From Octopus vulgaris (taxonomy: Eukaryota), in NCBI GenBank assembly GCA_951406725.2, contig OX597817.1, positions 143,096,001 through 143,160,000 on the forward strand: a stretch of 64,000 nucleotides of DNA. Direction: 5' to 3'. The notes beneath the pieces are model-generated. The model saw only the letters and a program-made list of their open reading frames with translations, did not search any database and had not been told where the DNA came from. Numbering within the stretch: position 1 is the stretch's first letter; every line of letters begins with the position of its first letter. Below are positions 1-13,572 of the stretch, one piece after another. Position numbers and translations under genes: made by a program.

Positions 1-14
1 ATACACGCACACGC

Positions 15-96
<82 letters not shown>

Positions 97-122
97 GTGT
101 GTGCAATATATGTCTATATATA

Positions 123-1127
123 CAGGGTGCGGTGAATAAAGTGTCCTCTAAATTACCCAAAAATGAAAATAACACTGACATCTCATTTCAACAGATATTC
201 TTTTATTCTCTTATTCTTTTATTCCTTTATTCTTTAATTTTTTTTCTTTTATTCTTCTATCTGTTTCAGTCATTTGACTGCAGCCATGCTAGAGCACCGC
301 CTTTAAGTCGAACAAATTGAAACCCCAGGACTTATTCTTTGTAAGCCTAGTACTTATTCTATCGGTCTCTTAAGCGGAACTGCTAACTTACGAGGACTTG
401 AACACATCAACGTCGGTTGTCAAGCGATGGCGGTGGGGAAACACAGACACACAAACACACACATACACACAAACATATATACATACATACGACGGGCTTC
501 TTTCAGTTTCCGTCTACAAAATCCACTCACAAGGCTTTCGTCGGCCCGAAGCTATAGTAGAAGACACTTGTCGAAGGTGTCACGTAGTGGGAGTGGACTC
601 AGAACCATGAGGTTGGTAAGCAAGCTACTTACATCACAGCCACTCCTGCGCCTGTTAACCAAAATTACATAGAAATATCCTGAAATACTAAAGAGTAAAT
701 TTATTCAATAAATCGCCATTGGCTTCAACCACGGCCTCCAGACGACTTCGGAATCTCCTGCTACTCTTCTGGACGGTATCCTTGTTTAAGTTGGTGAATA
801 CTGCCATAGTCCTTGCCTTCCGAGCTACCGTACTTTCGCAATCACAATGAGACTCGTCCAACTCTTCTCGATTCTTCAGAACTTTCCTCAGATTAACACC
901 CAAACACTCTGAAATATTTGTATTGGAGCTTCCGGTGCGAATGCCGAGCAGTACAGTATGTTGTTTCCAAATTTCTGGCATTTCGAATGGCCTCATGATG
1001 CTGGTTTTCTCACAGACCGTGCTCAACTGACCCTACCATACTGTGTAGTCGACAAAATCAACAACAAACAATGCGCATGTGCGAAATTAAAAGTATGAAA
1101 TGGCGACAATTTACCCATCACATCCTA
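123..1127 (-). mobile_element. Internally deleted Tc1/mariner (maT/DD37D-like) DNA transposon with a nested SINE
   Basis: Degenerate TIRs CAGGGTGCGGTGAATAAAGTGTC (123) and GACAATTTACCCATCACATCCTA (1105-1127), both flanked by TA. ORF 688-1026(-) ends in RRFRSRLEAVVEANG, a typical maT transposase C-terminus. Confidence 0.75.
198..653 (-). mobile_element. tRNA-derived SINE, family A (head, internal microsatellite, tail)
   Basis: Reverse complement matches the + copy at 20413-20810 (GCAGGAGTGGCTGTG...GACTGAAACA). Inserted inside the Tc1/mariner element. Confidence 0.85.
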
Positions 1128-1131
1128 TATA

Positions 1132-1177
<46 letters not shown>

Positions 1178-1287
1178 AGTGTGTGTGCACATGCGGATAC
1201 GTACTTCTACACTTACATGAATGAATGTATGCATCTATGTATATAAATATATATGAATGTTATATCCATTACGCAACGTTCCATATA

Positions 1288-1500
1288 TGGAGGCGCGTGG
1301 CTTAGTGGTTGAAGTGTTGCACTCATCATAATATAGCGGTTTCGATTCCTAGAATAGGCGGTGCATTGTGTCTTCTAACAAAACATTTCACGTCGTTCCA
1401 TTTTACTCAACTCACAAAATGGAGTATTACTGCAATGGACCGGCGTCCCGTCCAAGGAGGTGAACACCACATGATCCGAAAACTCAGCCTTATAGGCCTA
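1288..1500 (+). mobile_element. Degraded tRNA-SINE (head H1 + tail T2)
   Basis: A-box-like GGCGCGTGGCTTAGTGGTT, B-box-like GGTTTCGATTCC, tail ATGGACCGGCGTCCCGTCCA shared with 3605-3845 and 63437-63736. Confidence 0.7.
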
Positions 1501-1639
1501 AGTGTATGTACGTATGTATGTATGTATGTATGTATGTATGTATGTATGCATGCATGTATGTATGTATGTATGTATGTATGTGTATGTGTGTGTGTGTATT
1601 TCCGTCTGTATGTACGTATACGTGCAGATTTGTATGTTT

Positions 1640-3220
1640 TTTTTATGCATGTATTTACACGCATATACTTGCGTGTCTAGAAATGCGCATATATATTTAA
1701 ATGATAAAATTCTGAAAAGTTTTACAGACGTTTACAGTTCCAGTGATGACTTGGATCTGTAGTCTTCGAATCATCGTTCTTCTTTCTGGTTTTGAGAAGC
1801 CTAATTTCTCAAGATAGATACTTAGGCAATGTGTTACATATCTCAGGGCCCCAATAATTACAGGTATAAACCTGAACTTGTAATCTGGGTAGAGTAACTA
1901 TAGATTTCTCAATAGTTCAGCGTAGGTATTCGATTTTCCACTGATCTTCATCTTTATGTTAACATCCGCCGGGCAGCTGATTTCCACAGTTGTACACAGT
2001 TTCTCTTCTCTATCCCAAATTACTGTATCAGATCTATTATGTTTACATTTTATTGAGGTTTTCACAGGAACATTCCACCAGTATTCCTTCTTATTATGAG
2101 TTGCTATGGCTTCTACCATTCTCTGGGTTCTTATTTCTTTTGTTTCAGGGTTATTCTTCGGACGGATCTCATTATACAATATCTTAACTATAATATTATG
2201 TCTCATCGGTAGATATACCGTGATGACATTTTCGGACAACTGCATACGATGAGGGTGATATCTTTGGTGTCTGAATCGGTTATCATATATTCCTGCTTTT
2301 CCTGCGCCTCTGTCCCTGTTGTGCATCAGGTATTTGGCTGATATTTCCTGTTCCTGGATTGCAACCGTATGCTCTTCAAAGTGGGAGTTAGTAATCCGAT
2401 TGATGGTCCATGATAGACCACTTTGATGATCAATATTAATATCATCCTGGAGCTTTCTGCTAACATAACCATGCATGTTTTTCTAGTGGTATACGCTCAT
2501 CCTTTCATCTGATGTGTTGCGGTAGAGTCGTGCGACTTCTTTGGGCATGTATTTAAGGTTATCAGACATGGAATGTTGCTCGAGGAGCTGCTTACCAAGT
2601 CCCATGATGTTATCAGTCGCAAACTTTGTCAAAGGATACACTTCGACATTTGGTGGTTATGTCGCATCATATTCCGAAGGAATATGATGCGACATTCAAA
2701 GGCAGTCTGGATCGGTCTTAAACCTCTCCCCCCACCCATAGTTTTCATTTTAGGCAGAGGCGGTCTACGTCACTTTATGTGGAAATTATGTGTGCTTGTT
2801 AATATTTTGGGGGTTTTCACAACAATGGCTCGGATCTCATCAAGCGTCCAGTTAAGCAGCCCAAATGTTGGTATGAGTTGGTACTGCAAACACATTGTGG
2901 GCCACTGTTTTATTGCATGCAGAGAGTTCTGAGGTCCATATTTTCTTTATTCGGCAGTAATATCCTTTACTGACATGTGTTTTGTTACAGGTACCATTAT
3001 AAGATATGTTTTCATCCACCCATAGACACCTGTAACATTCCTCGTCAGATATAGGAAAAGCAGTTAAGTCATTGATGGAGATGCTGCTAGTCTGGTTTAC
3101 AATTTTCCCTCTTTTCACAACCATATAACAACATTTATCTTGATCAAACTCCAACCCTACGTCCTTTGACAATGTTGTAACTAAGTCAATGCTCTTTTTC
3201 ATATTCTTTGTGATATTGTA
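1640..3220 (-). mobile_element. R4/Dong-clade non-LTR retrotransposon remnant (RT C-terminus + restriction-like endonuclease)
   Basis: ORF 2852-3202 is the RT end (DVGLEF..DKC). ORF 1898-2476 carries KHNRSDTVIWDREEKLCTTVEISCPADVN, an RLE PD-(D/E)xK motif. Frameshifted, flanked by (TACA)n/(CA)n, homologous to 59472-60165. Confidence 0.85.
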
Positions 3221-3604
3221 TTCTGTGTGTGTGTGTGTGTGAGTGTGAGTGTGTGTGAGTGTATGTGCGTGTGAGTGTGTGTATGCGTGCGTAGGTGTGT
3301 GTGTGTGTGTGCGTGCGTGTGTGTGTGTGCGTGCGTGTGTGTGCGCGCGTGTGTATGTGTGCGTGCGTGCGTGCGTGTGTCTGTGTGTGCGTGCATGTGT
3401 GTGTGTGTGTGTGTGTGTGTATGGATGTGTGTGTGTGTACGTCTGTATGTCCCTTGGATATGACTATAAACTGTACGTGGTTCTAGAATTCTTGGGTTTT
3501 GAGGAATGCAGAACCAACCCTCGGCCGCTATTTGTCCCAGGCACGACTGATGCTGTTGAGTTTAGAGCTCCACGTAGATTATCATCATCCACTCCGCATC
3601 TTGT

Positions 3605-3845
3605 GGGGGCGCGCGGATTAGTGGTTAAGGGTGTTGAACTCATGATCGTAAAATTGTGGTTTCGATTCCTGAACCTGGCGACGTGTTGTGTTCTTCAGCA
3701 AAACACTTAATTCACATTGCTCCAGTCCACTCAGACGGCAAAAGTGAGTAATCCTGCGATGGACTGACATCCCATCCAGGTAGGGAATATATATGCCATG
3801 GAAATCAGGAAACTGGTTCCTTGTGACTCGAGAAGGTAACTTCTT
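3605..3845 (+). mobile_element. tRNA-SINE (head H1 with CORE-like body + tail T2)
   Basis: TAGTGGTTAAGG...GGTTTCGATTCC head, TGTGTTCTTCAGCAAAACACTTAA..TGCTCCAGTCCACTCAG body, CCTGCGATGGACTG..CCCATCCAGG tail. Confidence 0.75.
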
Positions 3846-4439
3846 TTTCAATCTGCTTCTAGATGAGTGGTTTACTTAGCAGAATTGTTAGTTATGAAGA
3901 GAGATTCCAAAAACAAGTTCATTTCTTATGCTCCTACGTACGTTTCACCATTGTAGTTGGTTGTAATCCTGTATTGGAAGGTCCAAGAGCAACTGGATGC
4001 TTAACTACAATGAGTCGACAGGGGAACAATTCATTGCATTATGTTGCAAAGAGGTTTATATATATTATATGTATGCATATCCATACGTCTCTCTCTATAT
4101 ATATATAAATATAAGTACAAAGTGAGATAAGGGTTATGAGTGTAATTGATGTATATTGTTTTATTCTGTCTTATTCTGTTGGATTTGGATGTTCCTATTT
4201 AATTTAATTAATTAGTTAATAAATTATATGAATTGGTATTATCTGGAAGTTGATGATTGAAAGGAATCTATTCCTCCATTTTCTTATTTTGTATATATAA
4301 ATATATATACATACATACATAAATACATACATAAATACAAGCATACATGCTTAAATACATATATGTACATACATATATAGTCGCCATGCTTGATCTCTAA
4401 ATCCACAAGTTTTTTTATTCTCTCTCTATTTATTTCATC

Positions 4440-4545
4440 TTATTCCTTTGTTTTGAAGAGCGCAGGCTCGAAACGTAAAAGACTCTCTCACCTTCCCGAG
4501 CGTCAAACTAATACACTTGTCGTTTTTCTGTAAATTTCAACTATA
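4440..4545 (+). mobile_element. PLE terminal-repeat fragment with degenerate minimal hammerhead motif
   Basis: TTGAAGA-GC..GCTC-GAAACGTA; same family as 25780-25910. Confidence 0.5.
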
Positions 4546-4835
4546 TAGAGAGAGGGGGGAGAGAAGAAAAGAAAGGAAGAAAGAAAGAAAGAAAGAAAGG
4601 AAGAATGAAAGGAAGGAAGAAAAGAGGGAAGAAAAGAAGCAAAGAAAGAAGGGGAGAGAGAGAAAGAAAGAGAGAGAGAGAAAGAAAGAGAGAGAGAGAA
4701 AGAAAGAGAGAGAGAGAAAGAAAGAGAGAGAGAGAAAGAAAGAGAGAGAGAGAAAGAAAGAGAGAGAGAGAAAGAAAGAGACAGAGACAGAGACAGAGAC
4801 AGAGAGAGAGGCGGAGACGGAGACAGAGAGAGAAA

Positions 4836-4883
<48 letters not shown>

Positions 4884-4985
4884 AGGAAAGAAAGAAAAAA
4901 GGAGAGGGCGAGAGGGAGGGAGAAAGCAAGAAAGGAAGGGAGGGAGAAAGAATGAAAGGGAGAGAGAAATGGAGAGAAAGAGCGA
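4546..4985. repeat. Compound purine microsatellite (GAAA/GA/GAGACA)n
   Basis: Visible directly; source of the spurious K/E/R-rich ORFs. Confidence 0.95.
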
Positions 4986-5558
4986 AAAAGGCCAAGAGTA
5001 ACAATTTTGAAAAGACGGTGCTGTAACTGTCGCTTAACATCCGAACAGAACCATAAATACAAAATGCTGTTTGGAAAGTAGGATATAAAATTCAAGTCGG
5101 ATTAATGCAGAGAAACCTCCAACATTTGCGAATCCATAACTCTTTAGTTATATAGAACAAAGCAATGCCTATCCTGTGAGCCTATTTGTGATTCAAAACC
5201 AACACGCTCTTTCTTCAACAGTCAAATTTGCAGTGTTATTTTTCATTCTATAAAACGTATTTCCCGGCTGGTATATACAATAGCGCTGAAGATCAAGTCA
5301 CCGCATTCTTAATTGGTAAACATAGATATGAGCCTTGACTGACTCCGAACTCATTTATTTTTATCCTATAGCAATTATTTTTAATAAAGGTTCATTAGCT
5401 AAGATATCTCTGTATTTGTTAATACTTACAATGAAGTGTAGAACCAGCAAGAAATCCAGAGGCAGTATACTATTATTCAAGGTACATCTTAGGACATCTT
5501 AGTGCAAATAACCATACATAGAAAAGATGGAGCACACAGCGTTCAAACATAAATAGAG

Positions 5559-5589
<31 letters not shown>

Positions 5590-7259
5590 TGTTTGTATGT
5601 ATGTATGTATGTATGTATGTATGTATTATATATGTATGTATGTATATATGAATGTATGTATGTCCTACCGCTAAAGTCCGCAATTCCCTAATTAGTTGTT
5701 TTGCTATCTTCAACCGTATTTACCCTGCCTTACTCTCTCCCTCTTTCCCACTCTCCATTCACTTCCTGTTTTCCATTTTTTCCGAGCGCCATATTGTTCG
5801 AATGAGCCTTTTTTTGTTTTGTTTTCTTTTTTTCTGTTATTTTCTATTTTTTCTTTAGAAAACCTCTCCCATAATATTTTCCTTCTTGGAAAATTTCTCG
5901 TCTCATTAAAGACGTATCACTATTTAGATGTCATGTTTATCTCGTTTGAGTCAAAAGACCATTTTTATGTCTTAATTTGCACTCATTTCTAGATTTATTT
6001 TTATCCGGTGTCATGTAATATTTACCCCATATAACCTCCAGCCATACTTCCAAATCCTGCTGCACATTGAAGTACCATCAGAAGATGTTCGAAACCACCG
6101 ACAATGATTAGCTGTGAAATAATGAAAGAAGTATTTTTTATATCGTATTTTTTATATTTTTACATATTATTTTGCCATTCTGTTCTGTAATGTCTATTTG
6201 TTTTGGCTTGCCTTTTGCTTTATCCGGTCTTTCCGTCTACATCCTTGTTTACAATTTCATTAACAACATATGAGCCGACCCGAGGCATCAAAAGGTAATG
6301 TTTTCCCAAAACGCGGATAAATATTATCTTCCACAGACGGATCGATCCCGTGACCTCGTGGTCGTGGAACGAACTTCTTAACTATTCGTTCATACTGTGC
6401 CTACTCCGGGTGCATACGTACTCAGTAATAAGACACATCTGTATTCCATAGGGTACGTCATAATTAACGTTAGCAATGTATTTTCCATTTGTTTTCAGCT
6501 GTTTTTCGTTTTAACATGCGTGCGGTTTTGCGTATCTGATTTAATATACAGTGATGGCATATTTAAAAATATAAATATATTTATAAATCAAACCGATACA
6601 ACAATAGAAGCTGTATGCATGTGTATTCGACTTCTGAGAAAAAATATGTTCATGCAAAAATGAATGAACTTCTTACATAATACAATATACAATACAATGA
6701 GCGCGCCTTCAGCCACTGCTGTGAGAAGACAACTGTTTTTACTATGTTTTATGCGTTGTGTTACTCAGTTAATTGGAATAGGTTCCAGCGTACAAAAATC
6801 GCTAGAGATCTCTAAATTATTTTTAGTTTAAACTTGGGCCAGCGAAATAGAAAGCATTGCTAGCTGCTAGTATTTTTCCATAATATCTAACTACAGACGC
6901 TCAACGAAATAATAAGGAACCGCTGCTTTCTTTCGACACGTCTGATAATGACATGAAAATTATCGAATGTATTCTGTTAGGTGTATGGCTCTGTCTTATG
7001 TTATATTCTGTATATTTTCTTAACCATTGCTTTAATTTATTTGCGTTCGTGTTTGTTTCGTTGTTTTTCTACTTCTTTTATTTACGTTAGAATATTTTCG
7101 TCACCTGCATCAGACAATAGATTTTTCGAAATATAATTGCGTTGCACAGAAACGAAACGGAAAAATTTCTGATAATTACATTGTTTTTGAATCTATTTGC
7201 ATATATTCCTTTTCGTGCACAACACAGCGGGAATAAGAAGGGCTGAAATAAATCTAATA

Positions 7260-7478
7260 TTGTTTGTCCTTTCTGTGTTTAGCCCCTTGTGGGTAGTAAA
7301 GACATAGGTATTTCGTCTGTCTTTACATTCTGGGTTCAAATTCCGCCGAGGTCGACTTTGCTTTTCATCCTTTAGGAGTTCATAAATTAAGTACCAGTTG
7401 CGTAGTGGGGTAGATCTGATCGACTGGGCCCCTGCCCACAAAATTTCGGGCTTTGTGCCAAGAGTTGAAAAGAATATC
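7260..7478 (+). mobile_element. SINE family B, tail-to-body dimer remnant
   Basis: Tail TTTAGCCCCTTGTGGGTAGTAAAG joined to GGTATTTCGTCT..GTTCAAATTCCGCCGAGGTCGAC body. Confidence 0.8.
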
Positions 7479-8557
7479 GGAATAGTATTTTCTCGTAGAG
7501 AATACTTGAGTGGCATGATAGCACTGTGTAGAAAGTCCTTATGTAAATGTTACGCCGTGCATGTATTTGTGTGTGCGTATTTGTGTGTGTATAGGTGTAT
7601 GTTTAAGGTAGTGTTACCTAAGCGACTCGTTAAAGCAGCCTTTAAAAGACTTTAAATATATCTGAAGAGCGACATATTAGAGTCTTTGTGATGTACTTAT
7701 ATTTGTTTTTATTTTTCATTTGTTAAGATTTGTGAATAGAAAGAGGTTTATCTTTTTGTTTAGATTTTGTCGATTTGTTACGAAATAAATTCTCTCAGGG
7801 ATTTCGTCTTTGTCTACCGATTCACATCATCTTATTTCAATACAGTCCTGAGCAAGTTTCTCTCTAGATTCTTCAGCAAATAAAAAGCAAGAACATAGAA
7901 AACACACACACAAAAAAAAACACCCATTCCAGACCCGAGGCAGAATCTATGGAAGCGAAATTTCACTGCTCTCACGCTATTTTTTCCAGAAAAAAAATCG
8001 ATATCTAAAATACCACTCATCTTAAGTGTGGACAATGTGTCAGAGTTTTTTCTGAAGTAGAAAAATACTAAATTCAATTTGATTGCTTAAGACATGTGAT
8101 ATTTTCTCAGAGAACCTACATTGTATGGTAATTGCCAAGGTATTTCTATGAAACTACATAATGGTTGGACTTTCCTGTCAAGTTGCTATTTCTTTTGTCA
8201 TATCCTTTATACGCCTCCTTTCTTTCAAACTCTCATATCGCTGCTACTAACCATTCCTCGCATATCTAAACAAAGAGATCTTATTTTACATTTATTTTGA
8301 TGGCAATATCTTACTCACAAGTATATCAGGCTTCGCCTAATATCTGGACGACTCCTCACAAATGCAATATTTGCTTTTCCGGTGAAGTCGGGGAAACGCA
8401 GAAACCGACTTCAAAGCCTAAAAATTTTCAATACCATTTGCAACATGTTAGAATCAAAGTAATTTCAACAAGTATTCAAAACAGATCTCAGTTGCTCATT
8501 ATCTCTCTTTCTCACTCTCTTTCTCTCTCTCTCTTTTCCCTTCACCATATTCCCGCA

Positions 8558-8585
8558 TTTATTATTATTATCATTATTATTATTA

Positions 8586-8681
<96 letters not shown>

Positions 8682-8773
8682 CTTCGTAACACAGTGTATG
8701 TAAAAATGCACCGGTGTCTTTAGTCACCTGTCAAGTCACAGGGACCTCAGATACACAATAATGATAATAATAA

Positions 8774-8868
<95 letters not shown>
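8558..8868. repeat. Two (ATT)n microsatellites
   Basis: 8558-8680 and about 8773-8868; source of poly-I/poly-N ORFs. Confidence 0.95.
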
Positions 8869-9046
8869 GCAACTCTAGTAATGTAAGCATTATTGGTCCC
8901 ACATATATAGTGTATATGTGTTTTGTTTAAACGCCGGTTTGCTGAGGGATAGCGTCCTCGGAAAGCTGCGTGTGTGTGTATGTGTGCGCGCACATTAATG
9001 TGGGGAGGAGGTGTATACATTATATATAGATAGATATGCATAAATA

Positions 9047-10519
9047 CAGGGTCCTGCAGATAAATTGAGATGATTTATACGATGCATAAAATTGGTTATA
9101 AATACTAAAATGATGGAGGCAGGCAGATATAATTTTAATGTAACATTTATTACAGCAAAAACATTTACTACGCAATATGGCCGCCCTTTTGGGCAATTAC
9201 TACCACCACACAAGAACGAATTTTTTTTACAGGAGCCGCAACCTCCTGCATGATGCAGGTTTTCAAACTGTTGACATTCGAGTGTGGTGGAGCATTGGTC
9301 CTTGCTTGAAGTATGACCGATACAACGTAATCGAGAAGGTTGAAATCTGGGCTATATTTGGGCCAGATGTTGACCCCCATAAAAAATCGGTACCATCTCA
9401 CCAAAGAAGGCCTGTGTTGCTTTTGATCCATGGCACGGGGCAGAAACCTGAATAACCACCATATTGTCAAGTTCAAACTTCTGCTCCATCCAAAGTAACA
9501 GAGTTCTTCAGGATGTCCAGACTCAATGATGTGTGGATCTGTGACACTTCCATCACTCGCCACAGCTCCAAATACCATCACAGAGACAGGACACTTAGTC
9601 TCAAACACATGTGGTAACGTCAGAAGGGTTGTATGCAATCACTTGAGAATTTCTTATTTCTTTATTGCCCACAAAGGGCTAAATATAGAGAGGACAAACA
9701 AGAACAGACAAACGGATTAAGTCGATTATATCGACCCCAATGCGTAACTAATACTTATCTAATCGACCCCGAAATGATGAAAGGCAAAGTCGACCTCGGC
9801 GGAATTTGAACTCAGAACGTAGCGGCAGACGAAATACGACTACGCATTTCACCCGGCGTGCAAACTTTCCTGCCAGCTCGCCACCTTGAAATTTTCTGCG
9901 ATTCACCTCAGCGTCCACACTGAACTTCTCGTCCACAAACACGAGAGTTTTTCCTGCACCTTGATGCTTGATGAATGACAGAAGCTTTGGGCATCTCTCG
10001 GCTCTGATTGCTTTGGCCTTGGTTGGTAGGAGGTGACGATGGCGTCGAACATAGCTAATCATACAAAAGTTCCTGTTCACCGGTCTGGACACCGTGGAAA
10101 AGGAACACATTGCGTTTCTCTGCAAGAGTTGTCATGGATCTGGAAGGGTTGGCTTCAATCGAGCGTTTGAGGCCAGCGAGAAACTCTGTATTGCGCTTGG
10201 AATCACTTTCAGTCTAGTGTTCTTCTCCATCAATCTTTCCCTCTTCCTTAAATTGTTTATACACACGATAAACTGTTGGTTTGGAAGTTTCGTCAACTTA
10301 ACAACTTTATTGGCAGTGTGCCCAGCGCACGCCAAAACAACAATGGCGGAACGATTCTGTTGTTCTATGACATTTTGTTGTCGAATCAGTTCGCTATTTA
10401 CCTGAAAAATAAAGAAGATGATTAGATTTTCAAGCAAGGAAGGTTTCGACAAAGAATTAAATGTTGAACATACTAAATCAACGGCTTAAAATTGGTCTCA
10501 CTTTATCTGAAAGATCCTG
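9047..10519 (-). mobile_element. Near full-length decayed Tc1/mariner (maT/DD37D-like) transposon
   Basis: TIRs TA|CAGGGTCCTGCAGATAAATTGAGA and TCTCACTTTATCTGAAAGATCCTG|TA. Transposase motifs LVFVDEKF, VMVFGAVASDG and WPKYSPDFNLLDY lie in different frames. Confidence 0.85.
9650..9887 (-). mobile_element. SINE family B inserted in the transposase
   Basis: Matches 38934-39169; degenerate TSD CTTGAGAATTTCT / CTTGAAATTTTCT. Confidence 0.88.
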
Positions 10520-10615
10520 TACATATCTCAACATTGATAGCCACCACTGAAGGTATCCACGTTTCCTTAAATAATACGACTTCAAAGTCAAATACATATA
10601 TACATATATATATAC

Positions 10616-10680
<65 letters not shown>

Positions 10681-10782
10681 CATACATACCTGGAAATAGA
10701 TGTGTTCAGTTAAATAATAATATAAATAATATATATATGTATGTATAGATAGACAGAGAGATAGATATAGATAGATAGATAA

Positions 10783-10856
<74 letters not shown>

Positions 10857-10884
10857 GGATAGATAGATGATAGATATGGCTACT

Positions 10885-11121
10885 GGACGTCACCAACAGT
10901 AAACAACATGAAATACGAAAAAAAATGAGCTAAATACGCAAAAAGAACAAGTAATAGAAAGAAAGACCCTTCATCAGCTGTTGGCTGTCTATCTAGTCCC
11001 CAAGCAGCCGACAACTGTAGAAGGGTTTTTCTTTGTATTACTTGTTCTTTTTTTCCCTCGTTATTTGTGTATTTAACTCATTTGTTTTCGTATTTCATGT
11101 TGTTTACTGTTGGTGACGTCC
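10885..11121. repeat. Approximately 237-bp palindrome built from a PLE-like terminal fragment
   Basis: Arms GGACGTCACCAACAGTAAACAACATGAAATACGAAAA... and its reverse complement ending GTGACGTCC; contains CTGATGA on the - strand. Confidence 0.85.
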
Positions 11122-11159
11122 TGTACCTAGATATGCATCTATATCTATATCTATCTATA

Positions 11160-11195
<36 letters not shown>

Positions 11196-11208
11196 TGTAT
11201 GTATGTAT

Positions 11209-11294
<86 letters not shown>

Positions 11295-11476
11295 GCATAT
11301 ATATATATATATATATATATAGATATATATGGTACAAGATCCACAATTTCAGGATGGGAGATAAGTCAATTACATCGACTCCGGTACTCAACGGGCGCTT
11401 AATTCATCGATTCCCAAAGGATGAAAGACAAAGTCGACCTCAACGGATATTGAACTCACGACCCTGCCGATTTATA

Positions 11477-11553
<77 letters not shown>

Positions 11554-11559
11554 TGTATA

Positions 11560-11894
11560 ATGCTGAGACCCCCTTCGGTCATGACTGACCATGGGATTGC
11601 ACCTAGAAAGTTACCCTCCCAGCACAAGTCCGGGCAACGTTGTTTATGGAAGACCAGCACACATCTAAGCATACCAGCCTCCCCTCCCCACGTCACCAGT
11701 GTTATCCAAGGGAAAGGCAAAGGCCGTTACATCTTGGTACCTGTGACATCGCAACTCATTTCTACTGCTGAGTAAACTGGAGCAACGTGAAATGAAGTGT
11801 CTTGCTCAAGAACACAACACGCAGCCCGGTCCGGGATCCGAAATCACAACCTCCCCATCGTAAGCTCGACGCTATAACCACTGATCCATGCGCC

Positions 11895-11897
<3 letters not shown>
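11560..11897 (-). mobile_element. tRNA-SINE with CORE-like body and a third tail type
   Basis: Reverse complement has a tRNA-like head, TGTGTTCTTGAGCAAGACACTTCATTTCACGTTGCTCCAG body and a distinct tail. Confidence 0.7.
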
Positions 11898-11982
<85 letters not shown>

Positions 11983-11984
<2 letters not shown>

Positions 11985-12140
11985 ACGGGCTTCTTTCAGT
12001 TTCCGCTTACCAGATCCACTCACAAGGCTTTGGTGGGCCAGAGGCTATAGTGGAAAACACTTGCCCAAGGTGCCACGCAGTGGGACTGAACCCGGAATCA
12101 TGTGGTCGGGAAGCAAGCTACTTACCACACAGCCACGGCT
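11983..12140 (-). mobile_element. SINE family A, 5' half
   Basis: Matches 20413-20570. Confidence 0.8.
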
Positions 12141-12539
12141 ATATATATATGTGTGTGTGTGTGTATGTATATATATAAAATTATATAATTTTTGTGTGGG
12201 TATGTGTGGGGGGCATGCGCGCGTGTGTGTGTATGTGAGTGTGTGTGTGTATGTATACGTGTACATGTCAGTAAACTCATTATATTTTCCATTCTGATTG
12301 GTGTTGGATTTACGAGAGAGTGAGAATATGAAACGATACGGGGAGTATGTGTCGCAGAGATACATGAAACAGAAAGTATTGACAGGGAAGTGGCTTTCAT
12401 TGAAGTTTATTGTTTAATATTGTTTTATGTTGTGACTGTTATCGAGAATGATTTCAGCAACATTACGCTTCACCCAACAGTTTATATACGTGAGCTCGTT
12501 TACATCTAGTTATATACCTCAGTTATTTACGTATATATA

Positions 12540-12990
12540 TAAAGGAATACAAAAAATGGAACAACAAAACATCCAGGCAAATGATACAAAAAAGGGACAA
12601 GAAAAAAACAAGGACGGATCATTCGGACCTTTCTTTCCTCAGTCGAGTTCCAGATTATCTTTGCAATTTCGAAAGAAACTCGTTGTTAATATCTTGTTTT
12701 TTGCATTTGTATTTCTGTACCATTTCTCCGTATTTTTTCGTCCTTGTTTTCATATACATTCGTTGCTTTCTTCCAAGGAATCTAGTGCTCGTAGCTTAGT
12801 TTTTCTTTGGGCTGGCCAGATTGGAGCAATCTCAAATTTAACCAGCCGAAATTGCAAAGATGATCTGGAACTCGACTGAGGAAAGAAAACTCCGAATGAC
12901 CCGTCCTTGTTTTTTCTTGTCCCTTTTTTGCATCATCTAACTGTGTGGATGTTTTGCGTTCTTGTTCCATATTTTTGTATTTCTTTTTAT
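12540..12990. repeat. Inverted repeat (arms of about 135 bp, spacer of about 170 bp), probably PLE-derived
   Basis: 12540-12670 versus 12847-12990, e.g. TCCTCAGTCGAGTTCCAGATTATCTTTGCAATTTCG / CGAAATTGCAAAGATGATCTGGAACTCGACTGAGGA. Confidence 0.8.
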
Positions 12991-13058
12991 ATATATATGG
13001 CCGCAACGTACACTTTGTTCTCTTAAATATATATACATATGTGTGTGTGTGTGTGTGT

Positions 13059-13376
13059 GAAGGCACGTGGCTTAGTGGTTAGGGCATTCGGCTCACGATT
13101 GTAAGGTCGTGAGTTCAATTACCAGTGATACAGTGTGTTCTTGAGCAAGACACTTTATTTCACGTTGCTCTAGTTCACTCAGCTGGCAAAAATGAGAAGT
13201 ACCCATATTTCAAAGGGCCAGCCTTGTCACACTCTGTATCACGCTGAATCTCCCTGAGAACTATGTTAAGAGTACACATGTCTGTGGGGTGCTCAGCCAC
13301 TTGCACGTTAATTTCACGAGCTGTTCCGTTGATCGTATCAGCTGGGACCCTTGTCGTCGTAACCGACGGAGTGCTC

Positions 13377-13378
<2 letters not shown>
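13059..13378 (+). mobile_element. tRNA-SINE (head H1/CORE-like + tail T1)
   Basis: A/B boxes, TGTGTTCTTGAGCAAGACACTT body, GTGCTCAGCCACTTGCACGTTAA..CGTAACCGACGGAGTGC tail; paralog at 30625-30935. Confidence 0.85.
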
Positions 13379-13437
<59 letters not shown>

Positions 13438-13444
13438 TACATAC

Positions 13445-13515
<71 letters not shown>

Positions 13516-13527
13516 TAGATAAATAGA

Positions 13528-13572
<45 letters not shown>

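Noticed and set aside
4517-5095. K/E/R-rich or L/S/F-rich ORFs
   Set aside because: Purine microsatellite only.
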